Origin: Chitinophagales bacterium
Lineage (GTDB): Bacteria > Bacteroidota > Bacteroidia > Chitinophagales > Chitinophagaceae
Assembly: GCA_017303855.1 (NCBI GenBank)
Contig: JAFLBL010000001.1
Location: forward strand, 189,978-253,977
Reading direction: 5' to 3'
DNA length: 64,000 nucleotides
A model generated the notes under the pieces. That model was not told the DNA's origin. It made no database searches and was given only the letters and a program-made list of their open reading frames with translations. Below, piece by piece: positions 37,115 to 45,280 of the stretch. Within the stretch, counting starts at the first letter, position 1. Every line of letters starts with the position of its first letter. The position numbers and the translations under genes are program-made.

Positions 37115-37131
37115 CTGTGCAAGTTGCACAG
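37115..37131. promoter_or_regulatory. perfect palindrome CTGTGCAA-g-TTGCACAG (candidate transcription-factor site)
   Basis: 8-bp inverted arms around one central base. It lies about 40 nt after the DMT stop and about 63 nt upstream of the TAcaTTTG box at 37194-37201. Confidence 0.3.
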
Positions 37132-37220
37132 GGTTTGCATCGTTAATAACAGTTGTGTATAAACAACAGGCCACGCCTTTCACACTCAACCGCTACATTT
37201 GTATGAATAACGTGCACATT

Positions 37221-38090
37221 ATGTCGGCTTCTTTAGAATCTCAATACCGCTCCAGGGCGGCCGTGATTACGGCCATTTTTGCCATTCTCTTTGTGCTCCT
37301 GATGTTTCTCCTGAAATGGAAAATGCCGGTATTTGAAAAAGCCGTGGTATTACCCGGTATTGAAGTGGAACTGAACCTGCCGCCCGATCCTCCCCTTCCT
37401 GTTGAGGAAGATGGCGGTGGCGGTGGCGGCAATCCTGTTCAGGCAGCCGGTGACCCTGGTGTGGCCAATGCGGCTCCCATGCCTCCCGGTGAAAATGAGC
37501 CCTCGCAGGAAGTAAAGGAGCCGGAAGATAACAGCAACAGTCCGGCCATACATAAACCTATCGCGATTACCAAACCCACGGCCCCGAAGATTACCAATAC
37601 ATCCAACACCACCAAAGAACCTAAAGTGATTGAGAACCCGGCTCCACCCCGGCCAAAAGCCGTTTTGGGAAAGACGACTACGGGAACCGGACGCGGTGGC
37701 GGCGCGGCAGACGATTATAATAAAAGCGGCGGTACGGGTACCGGAGCCGGTGTAGGAAACGGCTCAGGTGTGGGCGGAGGTACCGGAACGGGTATTGGTG
37801 GCGGCAATGGATCGGGAACCGGAACGGGCAATGGTCCTAAGGTTACAAACGGAGATCGTAGTATTGTTCGAAGCTACTCATTTCCGGGAGATCTGGAAAA
37901 AGCTACTATTTACGCAATTATTCATGTTTCCCCTGAAGGAAACGGCAAACTAGTTAATATAGCAAAAGGTTCTACACAAACCAGTGCAGCCTATAAAGAG
38001 GCGATAATTCGTTATCTCAGAAATATTAAATTTAATACATCAGATCACGAATCTGCTGTGACTGTACGTTTTGAATTCCGGGTTAATTAA
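37221..38090 (+). CDS. TonB-like membrane-anchored protein with Pro-rich and unusually Gly-rich linkers
   Basis: The start is uncertain (GTG 37155, ATG 37203, ATG 37221). I chose 37221 because the -7 box at 37194-37201 would leave 37203 outside the transcript. It has an N-terminal TM, PPDPPLPVEEDGGGGGG, (GTG/GSG)n and a C-terminal alpha/beta domain. Confidence 0.5.
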   Translation: MSASLESQYRSRAAVITAIFAILFVLLMFLLKWKMPVFEKAVVLPGIEVELNLPPDPPLPVEEDGGGGGGNPVQAAGDPGVANAAPMPPGENEPSQEVKEPEDNSNSPAIHKPIAITKPTAPKITNTSNTTKEPKVIENPAPPRPKAVLGKTTTGTGRGGGAADDYNKSGGTGTGAGVGNGSGVGGGTGTGIGGGNGSGTGTGNGPKVTNGDRSIVRSYSFPGDLEKATIYAIIHVSPEGNGKLVNIAKGSTQTSAAYKEAIIRYLRNIKFNTSDHESAVTVRFEFRVN

Positions 38091-38110
38091 GTATACATGA
38101 TTACTGCCAT

Positions 38111-38141
38111 AGCCATCCGCCAGAACGGATGGCTTTTTTTA
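38111..38141 (+). terminator. intrinsic terminator
   Basis: AGCCATCCG-ccagaa-CGGATGGCT followed by TTTTTT. Confidence 0.75.
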
Positions 38142-38166
38142 TGATTCATCGCCTACTTTTGTATCA

Positions 38167-39540
38167 ATGGATTACAACCAGACACTGGAGTATTTGTATA
38201 ACCGCCTGCCGATGTTCAGCAGGATTGGTGCCGCTGCTTACAAGACTGACCTGCACAATACGATTGCGCTCTGTGCTGCCATCGGGAATCCGCAACAAAA
38301 ATTTAAATCCGTACATATTGCCGGCACCAATGGAAAAGGATCTGTCAGTCATATGCTGGCCTCCATATTGCAAACAGCCGGTTATAAAACCGGGTTATAT
38401 ACATCACCGCATCTAAAGGATTTCAGGGAACGGATCAGGATAAACGGGGAAATGATCCCGAAAGAAAAGGTAGTGGCATTTACGGAAAGAATACAGCCGC
38501 AGATAGAACTACTTGATCCGAGTTTTTTTGAAGTTACGGTAGCCATGGCATTTGATTTTTTTGCCAGTGAAAACGTGGATATCGCCATTATTGAAACCGG
38601 GCTCGGCGGCCGGCTGGACAGTACCAATATTATTACACCGGAAGTTTCCGTAATCACCAATATCGGTTGGGACCATATGAACCTGCTGGGTGACACACTG
38701 GAGAAAATTGCGGGGGAAAAAGCCGGCATTATTAAATACGGTGTCCCCGTGGTTATCGGCGAAACCATTCCGGAGTCCCTGCCGGTATTTGAGAATAAGG
38801 CAGCAGAAAACAGTAGTCCGCTGCACCTGGCGCAACAGGACTATGAAGTTTTGAAAAAAGAATGGAAAGATCATTTATTGCAGCTGGATGTGCTGGATAA
38901 AAGATCCGCCATTCACACTACCTACCTGCTGGATCTGCCCGGTATATACCAGGCGAAAAATCTGCTGACCGTTTTAACCGCCTGTAGTATTCTACGCAAT
39001 ATTGGCTGGACCATTCCGGAAACCGCCATGCACTACGGGCTGCAACACTCCAAAAAAATTTCGGGGCTGCATGGCCGTTGGGAAATCATTCACAGCAAAC
39101 CACAGTTGGTACTGGATGTGGCGCATAATGAAGACGGGATACGACAACTGTTACAACAGATTGAAGTAACGCCACATAAAAAACTTCACTTTATAGTGGG
39201 CATGGTCAGCGACAAAGATGTTACTAAAGCCCTCACACTTTTCCCAAAAACCGCAATGTATTATTTTACCAGGGCACAGATCCCCCGGGCAATGCCCGAA
39301 GATACATTACAATCACACGCCAGGTATGCTGCTGGTTTATCAGGAAATGCATATTCCAACGTCAATACCGCTATCTATGCCGCTTCCCTGAAAGCTGGTA
39401 AAGATGACCTGATAATTGTCTGCGGAAGTATTTTCCTTGTTGGTGAAGTAAGCCCGGCTGCTCTGCAAGAAATATGGACCAGTTTCAGAGATGACACCGG
39501 GTACCGCGAGATGACTAACAGTGCTCCTTCCCTTGATTAA
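38167..39540 (+). CDS. folC: bifunctional folylpolyglutamate synthase / dihydrofolate synthase
   Basis: 457 aa. It has the Mur-ligase P-loop HIAGTNGKGS, ETGLGGRLDSTN and DVAHN motifs. A TActTTTG box at 38154-38161 lies only 5 nt from the ATG. Confidence 0.9.
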   Translation: MDYNQTLEYLYNRLPMFSRIGAAAYKTDLHNTIALCAAIGNPQQKFKSVHIAGTNGKGSVSHMLASILQTAGYKTGLYTSPHLKDFRERIRINGEMIPKEKVVAFTERIQPQIELLDPSFFEVTVAMAFDFFASENVDIAIIETGLGGRLDSTNIITPEVSVITNIGWDHMNLLGDTLEKIAGEKAGIIKYGVPVVIGETIPESLPVFENKAAENSSPLHLAQQDYEVLKKEWKDHLLQLDVLDKRSAIHTTYLLDLPGIYQAKNLLTVLTACSILRNIGWTIPETAMHYGLQHSKKISGLHGRWEIIHSKPQLVLDVAHNEDGIRQLLQQIEVTPHKKLHFIVGMVSDKDVTKALTLFPKTAMYYFTRAQIPRAMPEDTLQSHARYAAGLSGNAYSNVNTAIYAASLKAGKDDLIIVCGSIFLVGEVSPAALQEIWTSFRDDTGYREMTNSAPSLD

Positions 39541-40085
39541 TACTTCAGTTCCCCCATTTTTTCCAGTCCGTATAAAATACAACTTACGTGCATGGATTGC
39601 AGTAACTGATTCGTGCGCAATAAATGTTTGAGCTCATCCATCGTCATTTCAATGACCTCGATTTCTTCATTTTCATCCAGTTGTTGCTGACTTGTTTTTC
39701 TCCCGCCCCTGGCAAGGAACATGTGCAGGTAATTGGAATTGGTGGATGGATTCGGTGAAATCTTTCCGAGATAATCAATCTGGCTGAATGTATAGCCCGT
39801 TTCTTCCAGCAGCTCCCGCCGGATGGCCTCTTCATTCGACGCATCCGTATCGTCCACACAACCGCCGGGTATTTCAATACAGACTTCCCCCGCTGCATGC
39901 CGGTACTGCCGGATCATAATGATTTTTCCTTCCTCTGTAACGGGCAAAGCGCCTACCCAGGTGGCAAAGTCATACACATAATACGGGTCCACTATTTTTC
40001 CACCCGGCGTTTCACAACGCTCCCGGCGAACCTTGAACCATCGGTCATTGAAGAGATATTCGGAGAAGAGCGTTTTCCATTTCAT
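39537..40085 (-). CDS. NUDIX hydrolase
   Basis: 182 aa with Nudix box GGCVDDTDASNEEAIRRELLEETGY. Confidence 0.85.
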   Translation of the reverse strand: MKWKTLFSEYLFNDRWFKVRRERCETPGGKIVDPYYVYDFATWVGALPVTEEGKIIMIRQYRHAAGEVCIEIPGGCVDDTDASNEEAIRRELLEETGYTFSQIDYLGKISPNPSTNSNYLHMFLARGGRKTSQQQLDENEEIEVIEMTMDELKHLLRTNQLLQSMHVSCILYGLEKMGELKY

Positions 40086-40091
40086 ATTTCA

Positions 40092-40133
40092 GGTGCCGGG
40101 TGCCGGGTGCCGGGTGCCAGGTGTCAGGTATCA
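40092..40133. repeat. six tandem heptamers GGTGCCG x3, GGTGCCA, GGTGTCA, GGTATCA immediately upstream of the NUDIX start codon
   Basis: Read directly from the sequence. The array begins 7 nt from the ATG at 40085 (minus strand). Confidence 0.7.
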
Positions 40134-40193
40134 GCCTGCACTAAGGATTTTTTTTACTTAATAAACTAATCAATTCTCGTTTTACGGGATTTA

Positions 40194-40241
40194 CGCACAA
40201 CTCACATCCCGCAACTCACATCTCACATCCCGCAACTCACA
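40194..40241. repeat. C/A-rich direct repeat (19-nt TCACATCCCGCAACTCACA twice with 21-nt period, plus a partial third copy)
   Basis: The copies lie at 40202-40220 and 40223-40241. Related CGCACAACTCACA lies at 40194-40206, just after the YfiT-like stop. Confidence 0.65.
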
Positions 40242-40249
40242 ACTTTTAC

Positions 40250-40780
40250 TTACCATCCGTTTCTTTCCCGCAATGTGGTTATATGCGCCACATGGTGTTT
40301 TCCATGCCAGGCATACATACCCAGCAGGGTCCATAGGCGTACGGTTTTCTTTACACCGGGATGAAACGCGGTTTTATTGTTCCATTCGTCATCACTGATA
40401 TATTTCAGCGCTTCGTACCAGCGGGCATGCAAGGCATGTAACAATGTAATGGAAATATTGACCGGCAGTTTCTGTACATCATTCAGTTCCGCCCAGCTTT
40501 TTTCCTCATAGGTTTTTAATGTCGGGTTATCTTCCGTCAATATCAGTTTAAACCGGCAGTATGCATTCATATGACTGTCGGCAACATGATGCACCAGCTG
40601 ATGAACCGTCCAGCCACCGTCACGGTAGGGAGTATGCAGCTGGGCTTCATCCAGGTTGAGGATGGCATTCTCCAGCAGCAAGGGCAGAAATTTAAGATCG
40701 GCCAGCCACTCAATTTTCTGTTCGATGGAAAAAGGTTTGGGTTCGTATTCGCCGATCGGAAAGCGGGGGTCGGTGGTCAT
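40250..40780 (-). CDS. DinB/YfiT family metal-dependent protein (putative bacillithiol transferase)
   Basis: 176 aa. It has PIGEYEPKP, WTVHQLVHHVADSH and WHGKHHVAHI His-triad motifs typical of YfiT/BstA. Confidence 0.7.
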   Translation of the reverse strand: MTTDPRFPIGEYEPKPFSIEQKIEWLADLKFLPLLLENAILNLDEAQLHTPYRDGGWTVHQLVHHVADSHMNAYCRFKLILTEDNPTLKTYEEKSWAELNDVQKLPVNISITLLHALHARWYEALKYISDDEWNNKTAFHPGVKKTVRLWTLLGMYAWHGKHHVAHITTLRERNGW

Positions 40781-40789
40781 AGCGTTGAT

Positions 40790-41227
40790 TTATTTTACAA
40801 CCTGGATCAGTTCCACTTCAAAAACAAGGGTGGCTCCTCCGGGAATATCACTGCCGGCTCCCCTGTCACCATAAGCCAGGTGCGAAGGAATCCACAAACG
40901 CCAGTGACTGCCTTCTTTCATCAGTGGTAAAGCGATCTGCCATCCTTTGATCAGCGCGGTAAGCGGAGCGGAAAATGGTTGTCCGCGTTTGAATGAATTA
41001 TCAAATTCCTTACCATCCAGCAGGGAACCTTTATAATGCGCTTTTACCGTTTCACGAAGCAAGGGCTGAGCGCCGGTGCCCTCTTTAATTACTTCATACT
41101 GGATTCCTTCAGGCAATTCGGTAATACCCGGTTTGCTTTTGTTTTCGCTCATAAAAGCCAGTCCTGCGGCTTTCTGCGCGTCTAATTTTCCTTGCATAAA
41201 TTCACGTAATTTATTTTGTGTACTCAT
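40790..41227 (-). CDS. FKBP-type peptidyl-prolyl cis-trans isomerase
   Basis: 145 aa. It has HYKGSLLDGKEFDNS...GWQIAL...IPSHLAYGDRGAG..IPGGATLVFEVELI. Confidence 0.9.
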   Translation of the reverse strand: MSTQNKLREFMQGKLDAQKAAGLAFMSENKSKPGITELPEGIQYEVIKEGTGAQPLLRETVKAHYKGSLLDGKEFDNSFKRGQPFSAPLTALIKGWQIALPLMKEGSHWRLWIPSHLAYGDRGAGSDIPGGATLVFEVELIQVVK

Positions 41228-41248
41228 AATCCGTTCTGCTAATCCGGC

Positions 41249-42010
41249 TTAATCTTCCCGTAAGGAATGGCCGGTTAAATGAATAAATACATCTTCCAGG
41301 TTGGCCATCTTCATTTCCTTTGGCCGTTCAAAACCGGACGCCACCAGGTTGTCGATCATTTTGTCCGGCGTATCCAGTCCTATTATTTTTCCGGCATCAA
41401 TAATGGCTACCCGGTCACAGAGATATTCCGCTTCATCCATATAATGCGTGGTAATTATCACGGTGGTACCCCTGTCCCTGATTTTGCTGATCAGTTCCCA
41501 TAAACTCCGGCGCGCCTGCGGGTCCAGTCCGGTAGTGGGTTCATCCAGAAAAATAATCCGGGGATCATTGATCAGTGTAGTAGCCACGGAAAAACGTTGC
41601 CGCTGACCGCCACTCAGTTCTTTTACTTTGGATTTGGCCTTGTCTTTCAGGTTTACCATGTCCAGCAGTACCATCGGATCCACATCGCGGTTGTACAATC
41701 CGCAGAATAATTCTATTAACTGCAGCAGGTTCAGCCCCGGGTAATAACCGCTGGTCTGTAACTGAACCCCGATGATATTCTTGATTGCCTGTGGTTGTTT
41801 ATCGAGATCATAGCCATCCACCGTCACGGTTCCGCTTGTTTTTTCCCGGAGGGTTTCTATTATTTCCAGTGTGGTGGATTTACCGGCCCCGTTGGGACCC
41901 AGTAATCCGAATATTTCGCCTTCAAACACATCAAAGGAAATACCCTTTACCGCCTGGAATTGTCCGTAATGTTTAACCAGGTTATTAACAGAAATGATAG
42001 TGTTTGCCAT
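41249..42010 (-). CDS. ABC transporter ATP-binding protein (ABC-2/DrrA-like), no adjacent permease gene
   Basis: 253 aa. It has Walker A GPNGAGKST, signature LSGGQRQR and Walker B IIFLDEPTTGLD. Confidence 0.9.
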   Translation of the reverse strand: MANTIISVNNLVKHYGQFQAVKGISFDVFEGEIFGLLGPNGAGKSTTLEIIETLREKTSGTVTVDGYDLDKQPQAIKNIIGVQLQTSGYYPGLNLLQLIELFCGLYNRDVDPMVLLDMVNLKDKAKSKVKELSGGQRQRFSVATTLINDPRIIFLDEPTTGLDPQARRSLWELISKIRDRGTTVIITTHYMDEAEYLCDRVAIIDAGKIIGLDTPDKMIDNLVASGFERPKEMKMANLEDVFIHLTGHSLRED

Positions 42011-42013
42011 GCT

Positions 42014-43018
42014 TTATAAATAAGTTTCCAGTTCGTCCATCATCCGGCTGCTGCCTACAAAAAAGGGGGAACGCTGATGCAGTTCGGTGGGAATTACATC
42101 CAGTGTCGGGATCGTTCCATTGGTAGCACGGCCACCTGCTTTGGTAACAATAAAAGCAAACGGATTGCATTCATACAACAACCTGAGTTTACCATTGGGT
42201 TTACCGGTAGTACCGGGATACATAAAAATACCCCCTTTAATCAGGTTGCGGTGAACATCGGATACCATACTGCCGATATAGCGTTGGGTATACGGCCCGC
42301 CATTGGTTTTATCTTTTTGCTGACAGGCCGTAATATAATTACGAACGCCTTCATCATATTTGAAAAAGTTACCGTGATTAACGGAATAGATACGACCCTT
42401 ATCGGGACAGGTGATATCCGGATGACTGAGCGTCCACTCACCGATTGATGGATCCAGGGTAAAACCGTTTACGCCCCGGCGGGTGGCATACACCATCATG
42501 GTAGAGGAGCCATAAACCACATAACCGGCGGCCACCTGCTGATTACCCGGTTGCAGAAAATCCTCCCGTGTCACTACGGTGCCCACGGGGGTAACGCGAC
42601 GGTATACACTAAATATGGTGCCGATTGATACATTCACATCAATATTGGCGCTGCCGTCGAGCGGATCAAATAGACAGACATATTTGGAATTAATACTCTT
42701 CGCATCATCGAAAGCCACAAAATCGTCCAGCTCCTCGCTGGCAATACCGGCACAGGCAATACCGTGATGGAGTACCCGGGTAAACTGATCATTGGCGAAA
42801 ACATCCAGTTTTTTCACCTCTTCTCCCTGCACGTTGATGGTTCCGGCATCGCCCAGTATATCCACTAACCCGGCTTTGTTTACTTCCACATTGACCCGTT
42901 TGGCCGCAAGGCCGATATTTCTCAGCAGGTGGGATAATTCACCTGTGGCTTCCGGAAAATCGCGAAGCTGCTGGATCGTAAATTCGTCGAGGGTCTGTAT
43001 CTGGCGGTTGAAATTCAT
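42014..43018 (-). CDS. fbp: class 1 fructose-1,6-bisphosphatase
   Basis: 334 aa. It has DPLDGSANIDVN and GKLRLLYECNP, and is full length for FBPase I. Confidence 0.95.
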   Translation of the reverse strand: MNFNRQIQTLDEFTIQQLRDFPEATGELSHLLRNIGLAAKRVNVEVNKAGLVDILGDAGTINVQGEEVKKLDVFANDQFTRVLHHGIACAGIASEELDDFVAFDDAKSINSKYVCLFDPLDGSANIDVNVSIGTIFSVYRRVTPVGTVVTREDFLQPGNQQVAAGYVVYGSSTMMVYATRRGVNGFTLDPSIGEWTLSHPDITCPDKGRIYSVNHGNFFKYDEGVRNYITACQQKDKTNGGPYTQRYIGSMVSDVHRNLIKGGIFMYPGTTGKPNGKLRLLYECNPFAFIVTKAGGRATNGTIPTLDVIPTELHQRSPFFVGSSRMMDELETYL

Positions 43019-43128
43019 GTGGCTGGTTTAGTTCAACAAATGTACGGGAATGAATGGGAGTATAAAAGCTACAAAATTGCCCCTGAAAACCCGGAGATTA
43101 ACGACATTTGCCGGATTATCAGTAAACC

Positions 43129-44391
43129 ATGAAAGTTTTCAAATTCGGCGGAGCATCCGTCAACAGTGTGGAGCGGATACGGAACCTGGCCCGGATTATG
43201 CAGGCCTGCCCGGCAGACAGGATAATGGTCATTATTTCCGCCATGGGTAAAACCACAAATGCATTGGAAAAAGTGGCCGAATCTTTTTATGAAGGAAACA
43301 AAACGGAAGCCCTCTCTCTTTTTGACGCGGTAAAACAGCAGCACCTGACCACGGCCAGGGAGCTGCTGAGCAGTGGCTATGAATCATGCGCTTCCCGGTT
43401 GCAGGACTTTTTTACTGAGGTAGAATGGCTGTTGCATGATCAACCTGTGCGTGACTATGATTACTACTATGATCAGATTGTATGCGTGGGCGAACTGTTG
43501 TCCACCGCTATCATAAGTGCAAGCCTGAACGAAACAGGCATTAGTAATACCTGGCTGGATGTACGTGATATTTTCCGAACTGATGATGATTTCCGGGATG
43601 CCGGTATAGATTGGGCATTTACACTGGCAAAAGTGAAGGAGCAGGTAGAACCCCTGTTTGATAAAACACCTGTGATCATAACACAGGGCTTTATCGGTGC
43701 TACCGATGAAAATGAAAGTACCACCCTTGGCCGTGAAGGCAGTGATTATTCAGCCGCAGTATTTGCCAATATGCTGGACGCCGAAAGCCAGACGATCTGG
43801 AAAGATGTGGAATCGGTAATGAACGCGGATCCGAAACAGTTTCCCGACGCGGTGGCATTGCCTGAACTGAATTATAAAGAAGTCATTGAAATGGCTTATT
43901 ACGGGGCGCAGGTGATTCACCCGAAGACCATAAAGCCTTTACAGAATAAAGGCATTCCGCTCTATGTAAAATGTTTTCTCGATCCAACCCTGCCCGGTAC
44001 GGTGATACACAACCAGCCGATTCCCCCGTTACCACCTGTTATTGTACTAAAAGAAAACCAGGTATTGGTGGAAATGTCTTCCCGGGATTTCTCCTTTATC
44101 GGGGAACAACATGTGGGCCATTTATATCATTTATTTGAGCAATTGCATATCCGTCCCAATCTTACACAAAACGGAGCCATCAGTTTTTTATGTGTGCTGG
44201 ATAACCGGCCGGAGAAAGTGGAAAAACTGGCCCTTGCCGCAGCGGAATTTCTGGATATACAGGTAAAGAAAGATTTATCCCTGCTGACGGTACGGCATTA
44301 TTCTGAGGAAAAACTGAAAGAACTGACCGGACAGAGACAGCTACTGCTCAAACAGCAAACAAGGGAAACTATACAGTTGTTGCTGGATTAG
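43129..44391 (+). CDS. aspartate kinase
   Basis: 420 aa. It has MKVFKFGGASV, GREGSDYSA and C-terminal ACT-like repeats. Confidence 0.9.
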   Translation: MKVFKFGGASVNSVERIRNLARIMQACPADRIMVIISAMGKTTNALEKVAESFYEGNKTEALSLFDAVKQQHLTTARELLSSGYESCASRLQDFFTEVEWLLHDQPVRDYDYYYDQIVCVGELLSTAIISASLNETGISNTWLDVRDIFRTDDDFRDAGIDWAFTLAKVKEQVEPLFDKTPVIITQGFIGATDENESTTLGREGSDYSAAVFANMLDAESQTIWKDVESVMNADPKQFPDAVALPELNYKEVIEMAYYGAQVIHPKTIKPLQNKGIPLYVKCFLDPTLPGTVIHNQPIPPLPPVIVLKENQVLVEMSSRDFSFIGEQHVGHLYHLFEQLHIRPNLTQNGAISFLCVLDNRPEKVEKLALAAAEFLDIQVKKDLSLLTVRHYSEEKLKELTGQRQLLLKQQTRETIQLLLD

Positions 44392-44401
44392 AAGTTAAGA
44401 G

Positions 44402-44462
44402 AAAAAGGCGGCTCATTTTCCTTCCATCTTCTGGTCAGAAAGGAAAATGAGGCCGCCCTTAT
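44402..44462. terminator. long hairpin between convergent genes (likely bidirectional terminator)
   Basis: GGCGGCTCATTTTCCTT pairs with AAGGAAAATGAG(G)CCGCC (17 bp, one bulge). GAAAAA lies on the 5' side. Confidence 0.6.
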
Positions 44463-44483
44463 ATTCAGGAATTGTAAAAAAAA

Positions 44484-45059
44484 CTAGGGTTTGCAGCCAA
44501 TGCCACCTTCAACCCACTGGCTCCAGCATTTCTTTCCCGCTTTAAAGAAAGCTACGTTGCCCCTTACACCCCATTGACCATTTAAAACCAGTTTAAACTG
44601 CGTTTCTGCAGATCCGGTGGTTCCCTTGTCAAATTTCAGGAATTTATATTCTCCCGTACAGTTCTGACTCTTATCCGTTTTCACTGTAGGTGTACCTAAA
44701 GATACCCAGTTGATGCCTCCATCAACAGAATAGGCTGCGGAAACTATATCCTGTTGGAAAAAGAATAACCCGGGATAGGGGGTATCGGAACAGGGATCGG
44801 GAAGCAGTCCCCAATGGCTGAGATCCTGCAACGTGCAATTCTGACCATTGCCGGGAACAGGGTTAATAATTGACCAGACATACGTGGTCTTTCCATTAAC
44901 AAAACCATGAGATAACAGACTTACATTATAATCTGTACATTCAGATTCAGTAATGATCGTTTCATTTGCCGGTGTTACTTGTTTTCCTTCTTTGGAGCAA
45001 CCGGCTACGGAAAATAATAACAAAGCAGCAGGGATTACAAGACCTGTAATTCTTTTCAT
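44484..45059 (-). CDS. lipoprotein, function unknown (Cys-containing beta-rich)
   Basis: 191 aa with lipobox LFSVAGC and no recognisable catalytic motif. Confidence 0.55.
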   Translation of the reverse strand: MKRITGLVIPAALLLFSVAGCSKEGKQVTPANETIITESECTDYNVSLLSHGFVNGKTTYVWSIINPVPGNGQNCTLQDLSHWGLLPDPCSDTPYPGLFFFQQDIVSAAYSVDGGINWVSLGTPTVKTDKSQNCTGEYKFLKFDKGTTGSAETQFKLVLNGQWGVRGNVAFFKAGKKCWSQWVEGGIGCKP

Positions 45060-45280
45060 AACAAAACAGTTTAGATGGTGAAAAATAAAAGAACCGGATT
45101 AAATAGGAGAAGATTCCAGAAAGGAAATTGACAGGATAGGATCCGAGTGTTTAGTAAAGCTAATTTCAGGAATTATTGATTCCAAACAAGTGTTAGGCAA
45201 AATATAAAAAGTAATGGTTTATACTTAGCTGATTGGAGAAAAAAAATAATATGATTATCAGTAATAGTAAAAAATCCGGT

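Noticed and set aside
40092-40241. Whether the tandem repeats here and at 17026-17125 could be CRISPR arrays.
   Set aside because: The periods are 7, 8 and 21 nt with no unique spacers of 25-40 nt. There are only 2-6 units and no cas genes in the window.
43019-43128. Possible lysine or other amino-acid riboswitch upstream of aspartate kinase.
   Set aside because: The intergenic region is only 110 nt and is shared with the divergent fbp promoter. That is too short for a lysine riboswitch of about 180 nt, and I saw no conserved riboswitch core sequences.
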